From Anaeramoeba ignava BMAN (lineage: Eukaryota > Protista > Anaeramoebae), in contig JAPDFW010000081.1 in the NCBI GenBank assembly GCA_028826165.1, positions 186,001 through 250,000 on the forward strand: a stretch of 64,000 bases of DNA. The letters run 5' to 3'. The translations under genes and the position numbers were made by a program. This document shows, piece by piece, positions 13,201 to 25,500 of this stretch (within the stretch, counting starts at the first letter, position 1; each line of letters begins with the position of its first letter). Below the pieces are notes generated by a model. It searched no databases. It was not told where the DNA came from and was given only the letters and a program-made list of their open reading frames with translations.

Positions 13201-16200
13201 TATATTTATATTTATATTTATATTTATATTTATATTTATATTTATATTTATATTTATATTTATATTTATATTTATATTTATATTTTTATATATTTATATT
13301 TATTTTTATATTTATATTTATATTTATATTTATATTTATATTTATATTTATATTTATATTTATATTTATATTTTATATTTATATTTATATTTATATTTAT
13401 ATTTATATTTATATTTATATTTATATTTATATTTATATTTATATTTATATTTTATATATATTTATGTTTATTTATATTTTATGTTTATATTTATATTTAT
13501 ATTTATATTTATATATTTATATTTATATTTATATTTATATTTATATTTATATTTATATTTATATTTATATTTATATTTATATTTATATTTATATTTATAT
13601 TTATATTTATATTTATATTTATATTTATATTTATATTTATATTTATATTTATATTTATATTTATATTTATATTTATTTTATATTTATATTTATATTTATA
13701 TTTATATTTATGTTTTATATTTATATTTATATTTATATTTATTTTATATTTATATTTTATTTATATTTATATATTTATATATTTATATTTATATTTATAT
13801 TTATATTTATATTTATATTTATATTTATATTTATATTTATATTTATATTTATATTTATATTTATTTTTATATTTATATTTATATTTATATTTATATTTAT
13901 ATTTATATTTATATTTATATTTATATTTATATTTATATTTTTATTTTTTTTATCAGGGAGAGACACCACTCCATTTAGCTTGTGTTAAGGGAAGAAATGA
14001 GTGTGCTAATTTACTTTTAGAGCATGGAGCAGATCATAAATTAATTTGTCCAGTAAATTATTAAAAAATGAATTTTTATTTTATTTTTGTTTATATTTAT
14101 TTAAATTAAAACAGAAAGTAATAAAATTATTTAGATTAATAAAACTTCTTGTTTTTTTTTTTGCTTAAAAATTATATATTTGATATTAGAATGTAAATTA
14201 TTATTGTTTTTAATAGTAATTTTAAAACTTCAATCTTTTTTCATTTTGAATATATTTATATTTATATTTATATTATTTTCAAATAGAAAATGACTCCATA
14301 TCAAATTGCTTATACGAATGCGTACTATAAAATTTCTCAAAAATTAATATTTTATGACAAACAAATACTCAATTCTTCAAGTAAAAAAGATGACAATGAT
14401 GGATCAAATGAAAAATCTTCTTCTGATGAAGATGAAAATCAAAATAATAAAAATAAAAATAAAAATAATAATAATAATGAAAGTGATAATGAAAGTGAAA
14501 ATGAAAGTGAAAATGAAAGTGAAAATGAAAGTGAAAATGAAAGTGATAATGATAATGAAAATATAAATATAAATCAAAATATAAATCAAAATATAAATCA
14601 AAATATAAATCAAAATATAAATATAAATCAAAATATAAATCAAAATATAAATCAAAATATAAATCAAAATATAAATCTAAATCAAAATATAAATCAAAAT
14701 CAAAATCAAAATGATGTTGGGACTGATAGTGATACTGACGTTGTGGAAAATGAAGATAATAATAACAATAGCAATACCAAAACTTCCAATACAGAAGATA
14801 AAAAAACAACAAAAAAACCAGATGATCAAAAAAACACAACTGAAGAGATATCACTGCCCGTCAATAACGAATATATTACAAAATCAGATTCAAATCAAAA
14901 TTCAGTACCATTGTTTACTGAAGATAAGATTAATTTCAACGAGCTTACAATCATACGATCAATTTCTCACACTGATTTTATATATTTTCATCGCGGAGTA
15001 TGGCAAGGGATTCCTGTTGTAGTTAAAAAGTTAAAAATACCATGTCCAGTGAAACAAAGAAAGAGTTTTGAAAAAGAAATGGAGATGCATAAAAGCATGA
15101 AGCATCCGCATATTGTGAAATGCTATGCTGTGATTAAAGAACCCGAACCAACAATTATACTAGAATTTTGTCCGAATGGAACACTTTCATCATTTATTAA
15201 GAAAGGTGAGGAATTTCAGCCGCTTAGTATCGAAAAAAGTGTTGTTCTTGCAACAGAAATTGCAAAGGCAGTTGTTTTTTTGCATGGAAAAGGAGTGATA
15301 CATCGAGCAATTAGAACACATAATATTTTAATTGATGAATATGAACATGCTAAAATTAGCAACTTTTCATATTGCATACAAGAGAAAGATAAGCAAGAGG
15401 ATATGAAGCCCATATCTGTTTATTGGTCTTCACCGGAGTCTCTGAACAACAAGCCAATCACATATGCTTCTGATGTTTATTTGTATGGATTACTTATTTA
15501 CAAGTTGATAACAGGAGAAGTACCCTTTCAATCACTGACTCCATTTCAAGTTATTGCGAAGTTTGGAAAAAATGAAAGACCTCCTTTGGATGAATCCCAT
15601 CCATTGTCTGCAGTTATTAAAAAGTGTTGGCAAATTGAGGAATCAGCTCGTCCTCATATCAAAGATGTTTTAAAACAATTACTTGACATTCAAGAAAAAC
15701 TTGGTTTGATAAAACCAAAACCAAAATCAGATCAAAATAAACATACCAATACTATTGAAAACGGGGGGTTTATGAACTTCAAAAATTTGAGGAAGTTATA
15801 TAATAAAGATGGTGATGATGAAGATGATGAAGATGATGAAGATGATGAATATGAATATGAAGATGATGATGATGATGAAGATGATAATCCTAATGAAGAT
15901 GAATATGAAGATGAAGATGAATATGAAGATGAAGATGAATATGAAGATAAAGAAGATGATGATAATTCTAATGAAGATGATAAAGAAGATGATAATGATA
16001 ATTCTTATGAATATGATTCTGATGATGATAATGAAGATAATAAAAATAGATTACGTAGATCTTATACTTCTGTGATAACAAAACCTAAAAATCAATTTAA
16101 TCTCAAAAGAGTTCCTACTCAACCAAAAAAATTTGGAAATAAAGCAAGATTTGGAGTTTTTAATAAAAACCAAAGACGAAATCGATATCAAACTTTACAA

Positions 16201-16245
16201 ACAACAAACAATCCAAAATCAAGAAATCAAAACAAAAAGAAATGA
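10260..16245 (+). CDS. N-myristoylation-motif ankyrin-repeat + TKL-type pseudokinase, ~1050 aa, 24 exons including 11 three-nt microexons
   Basis: Exon 1 10260-10352 (MGNKVS...). Ankyrin exons 10516-10611, 10734-10829, 11001-11111, 11307-11402, 11572-11667, 11811-11906, 12048-12143, 12276-12371, 12463-12558, 12749-12844, 13957-14052, all phase 0. Last exon 14287-16245 carries a kinase fold ([30 protein letters not shown]). Confidence 0.9.
10433..14192 (+). other. Array of eleven 3-nt microexons
   Basis: AG|NNN|GT at 10433-35 CAT, 10676-78 TTT, 10905-07 ATT, 11208-10 AGT, 11478-80 AAA, 11740-42 ATG, 11966-68 CAA, 12207-09 AAT, 12637-39 CAA, 14115-17 AAA, 14190-92 AAT. Each is flanked by 55-109 nt GT-AG introns. 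Confidence 0.88.
12858..13945. repeat. (AAAAC/AAAAT)n then (TTTATA)n microsatellites in intron 12845-13956
   Basis: Direct repeats; motif switches at about 13020. Confidence 0.9.
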
Positions 16246-16325
16246 AACTTTTTCTTTTTGAAAAAAAAATAATATTTTCAATTTATTTTTCCATTTTTTT
16301 CTTTCAAATAAAAAAAACATAAAAA

Positions 16326-17066
16326 ATGAAAAGGATTTTCATTCTTGGATCTTCTTCTAAATGGAGACAAGATTTATTTAGAAAGATTATTGAGGATTTT
16401 GGAGTGATTTCACCAAATATTAATGAATATGAAGATGAAATTCGATTTGGATCTAAAAAATTAAGTGAAAATGAAAAAAGAAATTATTCACCTTCTAAAT
16501 TAGTTTTGAATATTGCAAGATGTAAAAAGGAATCGATCAAAGAAATTCTTCTTCAAGAACAGGATCCAATAAATTTTTTTCAACAAATTAACAAGAATTT
16601 TTGTGGAAAGGAGATAGTTTTTGAGATTATTATTATAACAGCTGATGAAGTTATACAATTTATGAATGAAATTTTAGAAAAACCGGAAAATATTGATCAA
16701 TGCCGTACGCATCTTAGAGGCTATAAAAGCTCAAACGGTCCAGTTATTTCTGTTACTGGTATAAATGTGGCAATGATCAATGCAAAGATTATTGAGAATA
16801 AACTTGTTTTTATTGATGAAAAAAATATTGAAGATGTAGATTATGCAAAACAATTTTTTACTGAATCTGGAATTTCTTTGAATGTTATTGAGCAATTGAT
16901 TTCGAAAGGAGATGTTCTGAAGTCTTCTGGTTCATTATTGGTTGAAGATGAATTGATGGTTCCTTTTCTTGGTTCACTTGAAGGGGAGTTGGAATCTTTT
17001 CAAGGATTACCTTTAAAAATGACTGAAAAATTGATTAAAGAAATATTACAAAATTCTCAAATTTAA
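16326..17066 (+). CDS. Maf-family nucleoside triphosphate pyrophosphatase
   Basis: ILGSSSKWRQ, ITADEV, ILEKP, SSGSL, FQGLPL motifs; intronless ORF. Confidence 0.85.
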   Translation: MKRIFILGSSSKWRQDLFRKIIEDFGVISPNINEYEDEIRFGSKKLSENEKRNYSPSKLVLNIARCKKESIKEILLQEQDPINFFQQINKNFCGKEIVFEIIIITADEVIQFMNEILEKPENIDQCRTHLRGYKSSNGPVISVTGINVAMINAKIIENKLVFIDEKNIEDVDYAKQFFTESGISLNVIEQLISKGDVLKSSGSLLVEDELMVPFLGSLEGELESFQGLPLKMTEKLIKEILQNSQI

Positions 17067-17156
17067 ACAAAGAATAAAAAAAAAAAAAAAAAAAGGAAAA
17101 TAAAATTTTTTTTTTCATTTTTTTCATTTTTTTCTTTTTTTTACAATTAATAAATA

Positions 17157-20100
17157 ATGGATGAAAAATCAACAAAAATCCGCAATCTTTATAAAGAAAA
17201 TCCAAATACAGCAAAAATGGCTGAAGAAGAAGTTTCTGTGTTTAGGAAATATCACATGATTTCTTTAGATTCATCATTAGAATTTCCAGATCTTAAACCA
17301 ATAACAAGTTTTGAAGATGCAACTTGTTTTCCTGAAAGAACAACAAAGAAAATTATTTCAAATAAGTGGGAAGAGCCAACACCAATACAAGCCCAAGCGT
17401 GGCCATATATTTTATCAGGATATGATTTCCTTGGGCGAGCCGAGACTGGTTCTGGTATTATATATTTGCAAAGCAATTATAAAACAAATTTATAATAAAT
17501 TTATAAAACAAATTTATAATAAAATTATAATAAAATTACAATAAAATTATAAAATAAATTTACAATAAAATTATAAAATAAATATATAATAAAATTATAA
17601 AATAAAATTATAAAATAAATTTATAATAAAATTATAATAAAATTATAAAATAAATTTACAAAACAAATTTATAAAACAAATTTATAATAAATTTACAATA
17701 AATTTATAATAAAATTATAATAAAATTATAAAATAAATTTATAATAAAATTATAAAATAAATTATAAAAAAAATTTATAAAATATAAAATAAATTTATAA
17801 TAAAATTATAAAATAAATTTATAATAAAATTATAAAATAAATTTATAATAAAATTATAAAATAAAATTATAATAAAAATTATAAAATAAAAATTATAATA
17901 AAATTATAAAATAAAATTATAATAAAATTATAAAATAAAATTATAATAAAATTATAAAATAAATTAATAAAATTATAAAATAAATTTATAATAAAATTAT
18001 AATAAAATTATAATAAAATTATAATAAATTTATAATAAATTTATATAATAAAATTATAATAAAATTATAAAACAAATTTATAATAAAATTATAAAACAAA
18101 AATTATAAAACAAATTTACAATAAAATTATAAAATAAATTTATAATAAAATTTATATAATAAAATTATAATAAAATTATAAAACAAATTTATAATAAAAT
18201 TATAAAACAAATTTATAAAAAAATTATAAAACAAATTTACAATAAAATTATAAAACAAAATTATAAAACAAATTTATAATAAAATTATAATAAAATTATA
18301 ATAAAATTATAATAAATTTATAATAAAATTATAATAAATTTATAATAAATTTATAAAACAAATTTATAATAAATTTATAATAATAAAATAAAATAAAATT
18401 TATAATAAATTTATAAAACAAATTTATAATAAATTTATAAAAACAAATTTATAATAAAATAAAAAAAAAATATAATAAAAAATAAAATAAATTATAAAAT
18501 AAAATTATAAAATAAAATTATAATAAAAAAATTATAAAATAAATTATAATAAAATTTATAAAAATAAAATTATAAAAACAAAATTAAAATAAAATTATAA
18601 AAATAAAATTATAATAAAATTATAAAATAAATTTATATAATAAAATTATAAAACAAATTTATAATAAAATTATAAAACAAATTTATAATAAAATTATAAA
18701 ATAAAATTATAAAATAAAATTTATAATAAAATTATAAAAATAAAATTATAAAACAAATTTATAATAAAAATAAATTTATAATAAAATTATAAAAAAAAAT
18801 TTTAAAATAAATATAAAATAAAAAAATAAAACAAAAATTAAAATAAAAAATAATAAAATTATAATAAAATTATAATAAAAATTATAATAAAATTATAAAA
18901 TAAAATAAAATTATAATAAAATTATAAAACAAATATATAATAAAATTATAAAATAAAATTATAAATTTATAAAATAAATATATAATAAAATTATAAAATA
19001 AATTTATAATAAAATTATAAAAACAAATTTATAATAAAATTATAAAAACAAATTTATAATAAAATTATAAAACAAATTTATAATAAAAATTATAAATAAA
19101 TTTATAATAAAATTATAAAACAAATATATAATAAAATTATAACACAAATATATAATAAAATTTATAATAAAATTATAATAAAATTATAAAATAAATTTAT
19201 AATAAAATTATAAAACAAAATTATAATAAATTTACAAAATAAAATTATAAAATAAATTTATAATAAAATTATAAAATAAATTTATAATAAAATTATAAAA
19301 TAAATTTATAATAAAATTATAAAATAAAATTATAATAAAATTATAATAAAATTTATAATAAAATTACAATAAAATAAATTTATAATAAAATTATAAAACA
19401 AATTTATAATAAAATTATAAAACAAATTTATAATAAAATTATAAAATAAATTTATAATAAAATTATAAAATAAAATTATAATAAAATTATAATAAAATTT
19501 ATAATAAAATTACAATAAAATTATATAATAAAATTATAATAAAATTATAAAACAAATTTATAATAAAATTATAAAATAAATTTATAAAACAAATTTATAA
19601 TAAAATTTAATTTTTATCAGGAAAAACACTTGCATTTGTTCTTCCAGCACTTGTACATATAAGATCACAACCTATTCTTCAACAAGGAGAAGGTCCTATT
19701 GTTCTTGTTGTTTCACCAACAAGAGAATTAAGCATTCAAACTTCTGATGTTTTCAAGGTATTTGGAGACGATTTAAATATTAGATCTGTTTGTATTTATG
19801 GTGGTATTGATGAAGAAGCTCAGAAAAAAAAGGCTAAAGCAGGAGTTGATGCAGTTATATCGACTCCTGGAAGATTACTGAATTTTATTGAGAAGGGAAT
19901 TCTTAAATTGGATCACACAACATATTTTGTATTGGATGAAGCTGATAAACTACTTGATATTGGATTTGAAGATTGTATTCACAAAATGATTCGTTGTATT
20001 CCACATAAACCACAAATCTTAATGTTTAGTGCTACATGGCCAAGTGTAGTGGAGAAATTAGCCAAAGAAATATTTGATAATAAAGTTATAAAATGTAATA

Positions 20101-22342
20101 TTGGAAGTTTTAAGCTTTCTGCAGCTCAGAATATTAAACAAATTGTGGAAGTTATGGAAGAATCTCAAAAAATTCCAAGATTAATACAAATTATAGAAAA
20201 AATGCAATATTTTGGCAAAATATTGGTTTTTACTTCTTCTTTGGATAAAACAGATGAGTTAACAACTAAGTTAAGACAAGAAGGATTTTATTGTTTAGGA
20301 ATTCATAGTAAAAAAGAGCAAATTGAAAGAGAATATATTATTACAGAATTTAGAAACGGAACACATCCTGTATTGATTGCTACTGATCTTGCAGGTCGAG
20401 GATTGTTTGTGTTCTTTAGATTATAAAAATATTTAATATAACATTTATAAAAATATTTACAATAATATTTAATAAAATATTTAATAAAATATTTAATAAA
20501 ATATTTAATAAAATATTTATAAAAATATTTAATATAATATTTAATATAATATTTAATAAAATATTTATAAAAATATTTAATATAATATTTAATAAAATAT
20601 TTAATATAATATTTAATAAAATATTTAATATAATATTTACAAATATTTAATAAAATATTTAAAATATTTAATATAATATTTAATAAAATATTTAATATAA
20701 TATTTAATAAAATATTTAAAAAAATATTTAATATAATATTTAATAAAATATTTAATAAAATATTTAATATAATATTTAATAAAATATTTAATAAAATATT
20801 TAATAAAATATTTAATAAAATATTTAATAAAATATTTAATAAAATATTTAATATAATATTTACAAAAATATTTAATATAATATTTAATAAAATATTTAAT
20901 ATAATATTTAATAAAATATTTAATATAATATTTAATAATATTTACAATAATATTTAATATAATATTTAATAAAATATTTAATATAATATTTAATATAATA
21001 TTTAATAAAATATTTAATATAATATTTAATTTAACATTTATAAAAATATTTAATATAATATTTAATTTAACATTTATAAAAATATTTAATATAATATTTA
21101 ATTTAACATTTATAAAAATATTTAATATAATATTTATAAAAATATTTACTTGAATTTAGAGATGTCGAAAATGTCAATTATGTTATCAATTTTGATTTTC
21201 CAAAAAGAAATGAAGTTTATGTTAACAGAATAGGAAGAACAGCTAGAGCAGGAAAAAAAGGAGTTGCACATTCTTTTTTTACAATGGCTTCATTACCACA
21301 AGCAAAAGAATTAGTTGATATTTTAAGAGAATCAGAACAAACAGTTCCAAGAGAATTATTAGATTTAATTCCAGTTATGAAAAGTCAACAAGAAGAAGAA
21401 GAAAAACACAAACAATTTTTCTATCGAGATTCAACAAGTAATCTACAAGAACGAGATTTAGATACAACAAAATGGAAGTATTTGGGTAATCCAAGACAAG
21501 ATAGAGAAAGAGGAAGAGGAAGGAGTAGAGGAAGAAGTAGAGGAAGAAGCAGAGGAAGAAGTAGAGGAAGGAGTAGAGGAAGAGGAGATAGATTCTATAG
21601 TAATGAAAGATTTGATAGAAATTATGCATTTGATAGAAATGATAATTATAATAGGAATGATAGTTATAATAGAAATGATAATTATAATAGAAATGATAAT
21701 TATAATAGGAATGATAATTATGATACAAATTATAATTATAATAGAAATGATAATTATGATACAAATTATAATTATAATAGAAATGATAATTATAATAGAA
21801 ATGATAATTATGATACAAATTATAATTATAATAGAAATGATAATTATAATAGAAATGATAATTATAATAGAAATGATAATTATAATAGTAACACACAAAA
21901 TGAATATTCTTGGTCTTCTAACAATAATCAGTCTAATTTTAATTCAAATATTTCGAACTGGGATTCAAAACCTCAAAATACTCATCAAATAAATACTCCT
22001 ATTAAAAAAAGTTGGGATGAAAATGATAATTATATTTATTCAAATCAATCAAATCATTCAAATCAATCAAATCAAAATTTTCAACAAGATCAATGGTTTG
22101 ATGTAGTTGATTATCAAAATGAAAGTAGAAAAGGAAAAGAATTTTCTTTTGAAAAAGAAAAAAATAATCAAAATCAAAATCAAAATCAAAATCAAAATGA
22201 AAAACAAAAAAGAATTTTTAAAAGAAATACAAACCAAAACTCTTATCAAAATCAAAATTCTAATCAAGAACATTCTTGGATCAAACCAAACAGAAATGAT
22301 TCAAATAGAAATAATGAAAGATTTCCAAGAACAAATTATTAA
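17157..22342 (+). CDS. DEAD-box RNA helicase (Dbp2/DDX5-like); exons 17157-17454, 19621-20404, 21160-22342
   Basis: PTPIQAQ, AETGSGKT across intron 1, PTREL, TPGRL, DEAD, SAT, ATDLAGRGLD, NRIGRTAR; RG/RS and NYNRND-repeat tail. Confidence 0.9.
17475..19610. repeat. ~11-12 bp AT satellite (AATAAAATTAT-like) filling the 2.17-kb intron
   Basis: Degenerate tandem repeat with essentially no G. Confidence 0.9.
20425..21148. repeat. 11-bp satellite (AAATATTTAAT) filling intron 20405-21159
   Basis: Direct tandem repeat. Confidence 0.9.
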
Positions 22343-22574
22343 AAAAAAATAATTAAAAATAAAAAAAAAATTACTAATTATTTTTGAAAAATTATTAATA
22401 ATTAAAAAATAAAAAAGCAAAAAAAAAATTTTTTTCCTTTTTTTTTTTTTTAATTATTTTTCCGTTATTTTATTTTCTTTTATTTTCTTTTTCATTTTTA
22501 TTTTTATTTTTTCCTTTTTTTATTTTCATTCTTATTTTTATTTTCAAAACAAAAAACAAAAAATAAAAAATAAA

Positions 22575-25500
22575 ATGGAAGATACAAAAGAACAAATTGT
22601 TCTTAGTTGGTTTTCACAAGTAATTTCTAAAAAAGTAACAGAACATTTATCATTGAAAGTATTATCAAAATTTTGTTGTGATTTAGTTAATAAAGTTGCA
22701 CCAAAGTCTATTGAAGAAAAAGAGTTGTAAATAAACGAGAAAAAAAGAAAAATTAATTTTTTAATTAATTTTAATTTATTTTAATTTATTTTAATTTATT
22801 TTATTTAAGGGATGATACAAAAACAAATTTTGAAGAGTTAAATAAAGCTTGCCAAAAATTAGGAGTACCAAAAAATCTACTAATTCCTGTGAAGGAGATC
22901 ACCACACAAAACAAAATGAAATATATTGTTCCGTTAATAACGGAAATAGGGCTTATAGCGAACAGTCAAAATTTCAAACCTGAATTGAAACTCAAAGAAA
23001 GGGGAATTGATAAGGATATTGACAATCAAACACTATCTCGGATTCACTTCAAATTCAAGAACGTTACAATTGAAAAGGGGAGTGAAGCACTTCTTATAGT
23101 TGCCAAGCCAGTGGCGAAAGTGACAGTTTATTTGACTGAAGGACTCAAGGAATTTGAATCTTGGCAACGAAACTTCATCTATTTTGTGCAGCCTGCGATC
23201 CAAAGGGCGCTTTCTTCAGATCCATCGCTTCAGGTTGTTTTGTTCCATTTGGCAAGAGGATGTTTCCAGTTTTTTGAGTCAACTCCTTCGCTTGAACCGA
23301 TACTCAAAGTTGAGGAGTTTGTGGATCATATTTTTGCTCTTATTACGAATTATCAGTCTGTGAATAAAGAAGGTACTTTGAAGGAGAATTTGAATGAAGA
23401 AACTCTTGCTCAACTGAAAACGCCTAAATTGAAGAATATCTCGAAGATTTTGAAGAAAAAGTATAAAGATGAGCAAGTTTTAGATAAGTTGTGTGAGTCT
23501 ATTAAGACTCGTGGTGGGACATTGTTTAATTCTCGGATTAAGAACAAGGATAAGTATCAGAATTGTGTACTTAATTTTACTCAAGGAAAGTTAGGTATTA
23601 TGTCTTTAGCGAAGAATATTATTAATGAAGATGCTGCTAATTTTGAGGTAATACAAATCAAAATTAATTTAAAAATTTAAAAAATTATTTAATTAAAATT
23701 TATTTAATAATTTTAGATAAAACACCCCAAAAAAAGTGTTTCATTGCAAATATCATCAAAAACATCAAACCAAAAATTCCAAATCATTCCATACTCCAAA
23801 ATCATGCGGAAAGTAATTGAAAAAACAACAAAAGAAATGATATCAGCAGGACCATTAAACAAAAAATTGAGATTCCGCAAAAACACACAAGAAGAACAAG
23901 ATAAAGAAGAAAAGAAAAAAAGGGTGCCAAATCAATTCACACTGAAGAAACGAGCGGGGATGTTCCGACCGTTCATTCAAAAAAGGCGACTTGAGGAAGA
24001 TCTGCGACGGGAAATCGAGACTAACATGGAGAAAAAAAAACCGACTTTCTCAGTAACAGTAATTGATGAAAAGGAATATTTACCGTGTGTACTGAATCTG
24101 GAAGGAAAAGAGGTTGAGCTTGAGATTTCCACAACGGAAAAAACACGGGGGAAATGCAATGAAATTCGGATGTACAGTCACAGCACAAATCCGATGATGT
24201 TCAAACTTGAATTTGCGGATGGAAAAGAGTATATCTGCACAGCAACGGATGGGCAAGAAACGGATGTGATTCTGCACACAATGTTTATGATTGGACAGAA
24301 GCCTGAGGAAGAGAAGGAGCGGAAGGAGAGCAAGGAGGATTCGTTCGAGGAATTCACGACAAAGGTGAATACATTGAAGTCACAGAAATGGGTTCGCGAG
24401 GAACGGAAACAGAAAAAAACAGAGGAAAGTCCGAAACCGCGGGAAATTGCGCCTGTTGAGACTAGACATACGGAAATGGACCAGGGAGCCGAGTTTGATA
24501 TCGAGAACTTGATGAACATTGTGCAGGAAAACTTTGCTCACGGATCAGCATCTTTTAATGTGACGGTTATCAAACACTTTCAATGAGTATCACATGCCAG
24601 CAAATTTCAAGATGCGCAAAAATAAGTTCAAGATCAACATTTTTGGGGTGCATTCGTTCACGAGAGACTATATGGTTCCGCCTGCAATGAAGATGATCAA
24701 CATGCAGCAGACGCGAATCGAGAATCTGGTCGAACTCAAGATGAACGAGGATGCGTCTGTATTCATAAAAGCGAAGGACGGCAACGAGCACTTTGTGATC
24801 ATGAAGACGTTTGAGATGTTCCAGTGGTATTCGGGAGAGTCTGTTGAACAGATGCCGATCAACGAAAGCATTCTGGGAAGAGAGTCTGAAATTGATGCGC
24901 TTGTGATGCGGGTTGTCCAACAGAATCGGGGGTCATTTGAGGTACTTTTCCGGATTGGAGATCGTGAGCAACTGGGATTGTTTGTTGTGGAGAAGCAACG
25001 GTTCTCTGTGATTCCTCACGGAGCGAAGGACGGGATTGTGAGCGTTGGAGTTGCGGAAAACGCACCGCAGATTTTCTACTCGGATCAAGCGCAACGGACA
25101 TTGGACATCCGACTGCGGAACGCATCTGTCAAGGTTATACAGCTCGCATGCAGCACAGAAGCGCAACAGGATCTGGTTTATCGCACAGTGTCGAAGTTTA
25201 TTGAGCTTGCAGAGGTTGTGGCTCAGGACAGGGTTAACATGAACCTCGGAAATCTTATGAATTTACAGACAACAACGCGGCGCAACTTGATTCCTGAGCA
25301 CAGATTTGGAGAGTTGGAATTCTCCGAGAACAGAGCCGAGCAGATGCAGAAGAGCAACGGATATCTTTCTCGGGAAGACGAGTGGCTGACAAAGGGAGTG
25401 CGCAGCGGAGTGTTTTTCTCAAGCAAAATGTCGCCTGAATTGATCCAAAAATCAGGACCTGCAGAACAGTTTGTTTTCCGAGACAAAATGCAATCAACAG

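Noticed and set aside
13464-13988. Long [16 protein letters not shown] ORFs here and at 1067, 4131, 32789-34035, 48066-48901, 50144-51472
   Set aside because: They are stop-free readings of hexamer or 9-mer microsatellites, mostly intronic or antisense.
24560-24587. 28-nt GT-AG mini-intron that would repair the frameshift (and a 13-nt one in NELF at ~6378-6390)
   Set aside because: All well-supported introns here are at least 55 nt and far more AT-rich; the NELF one would delete the conserved-looking VYLLA.
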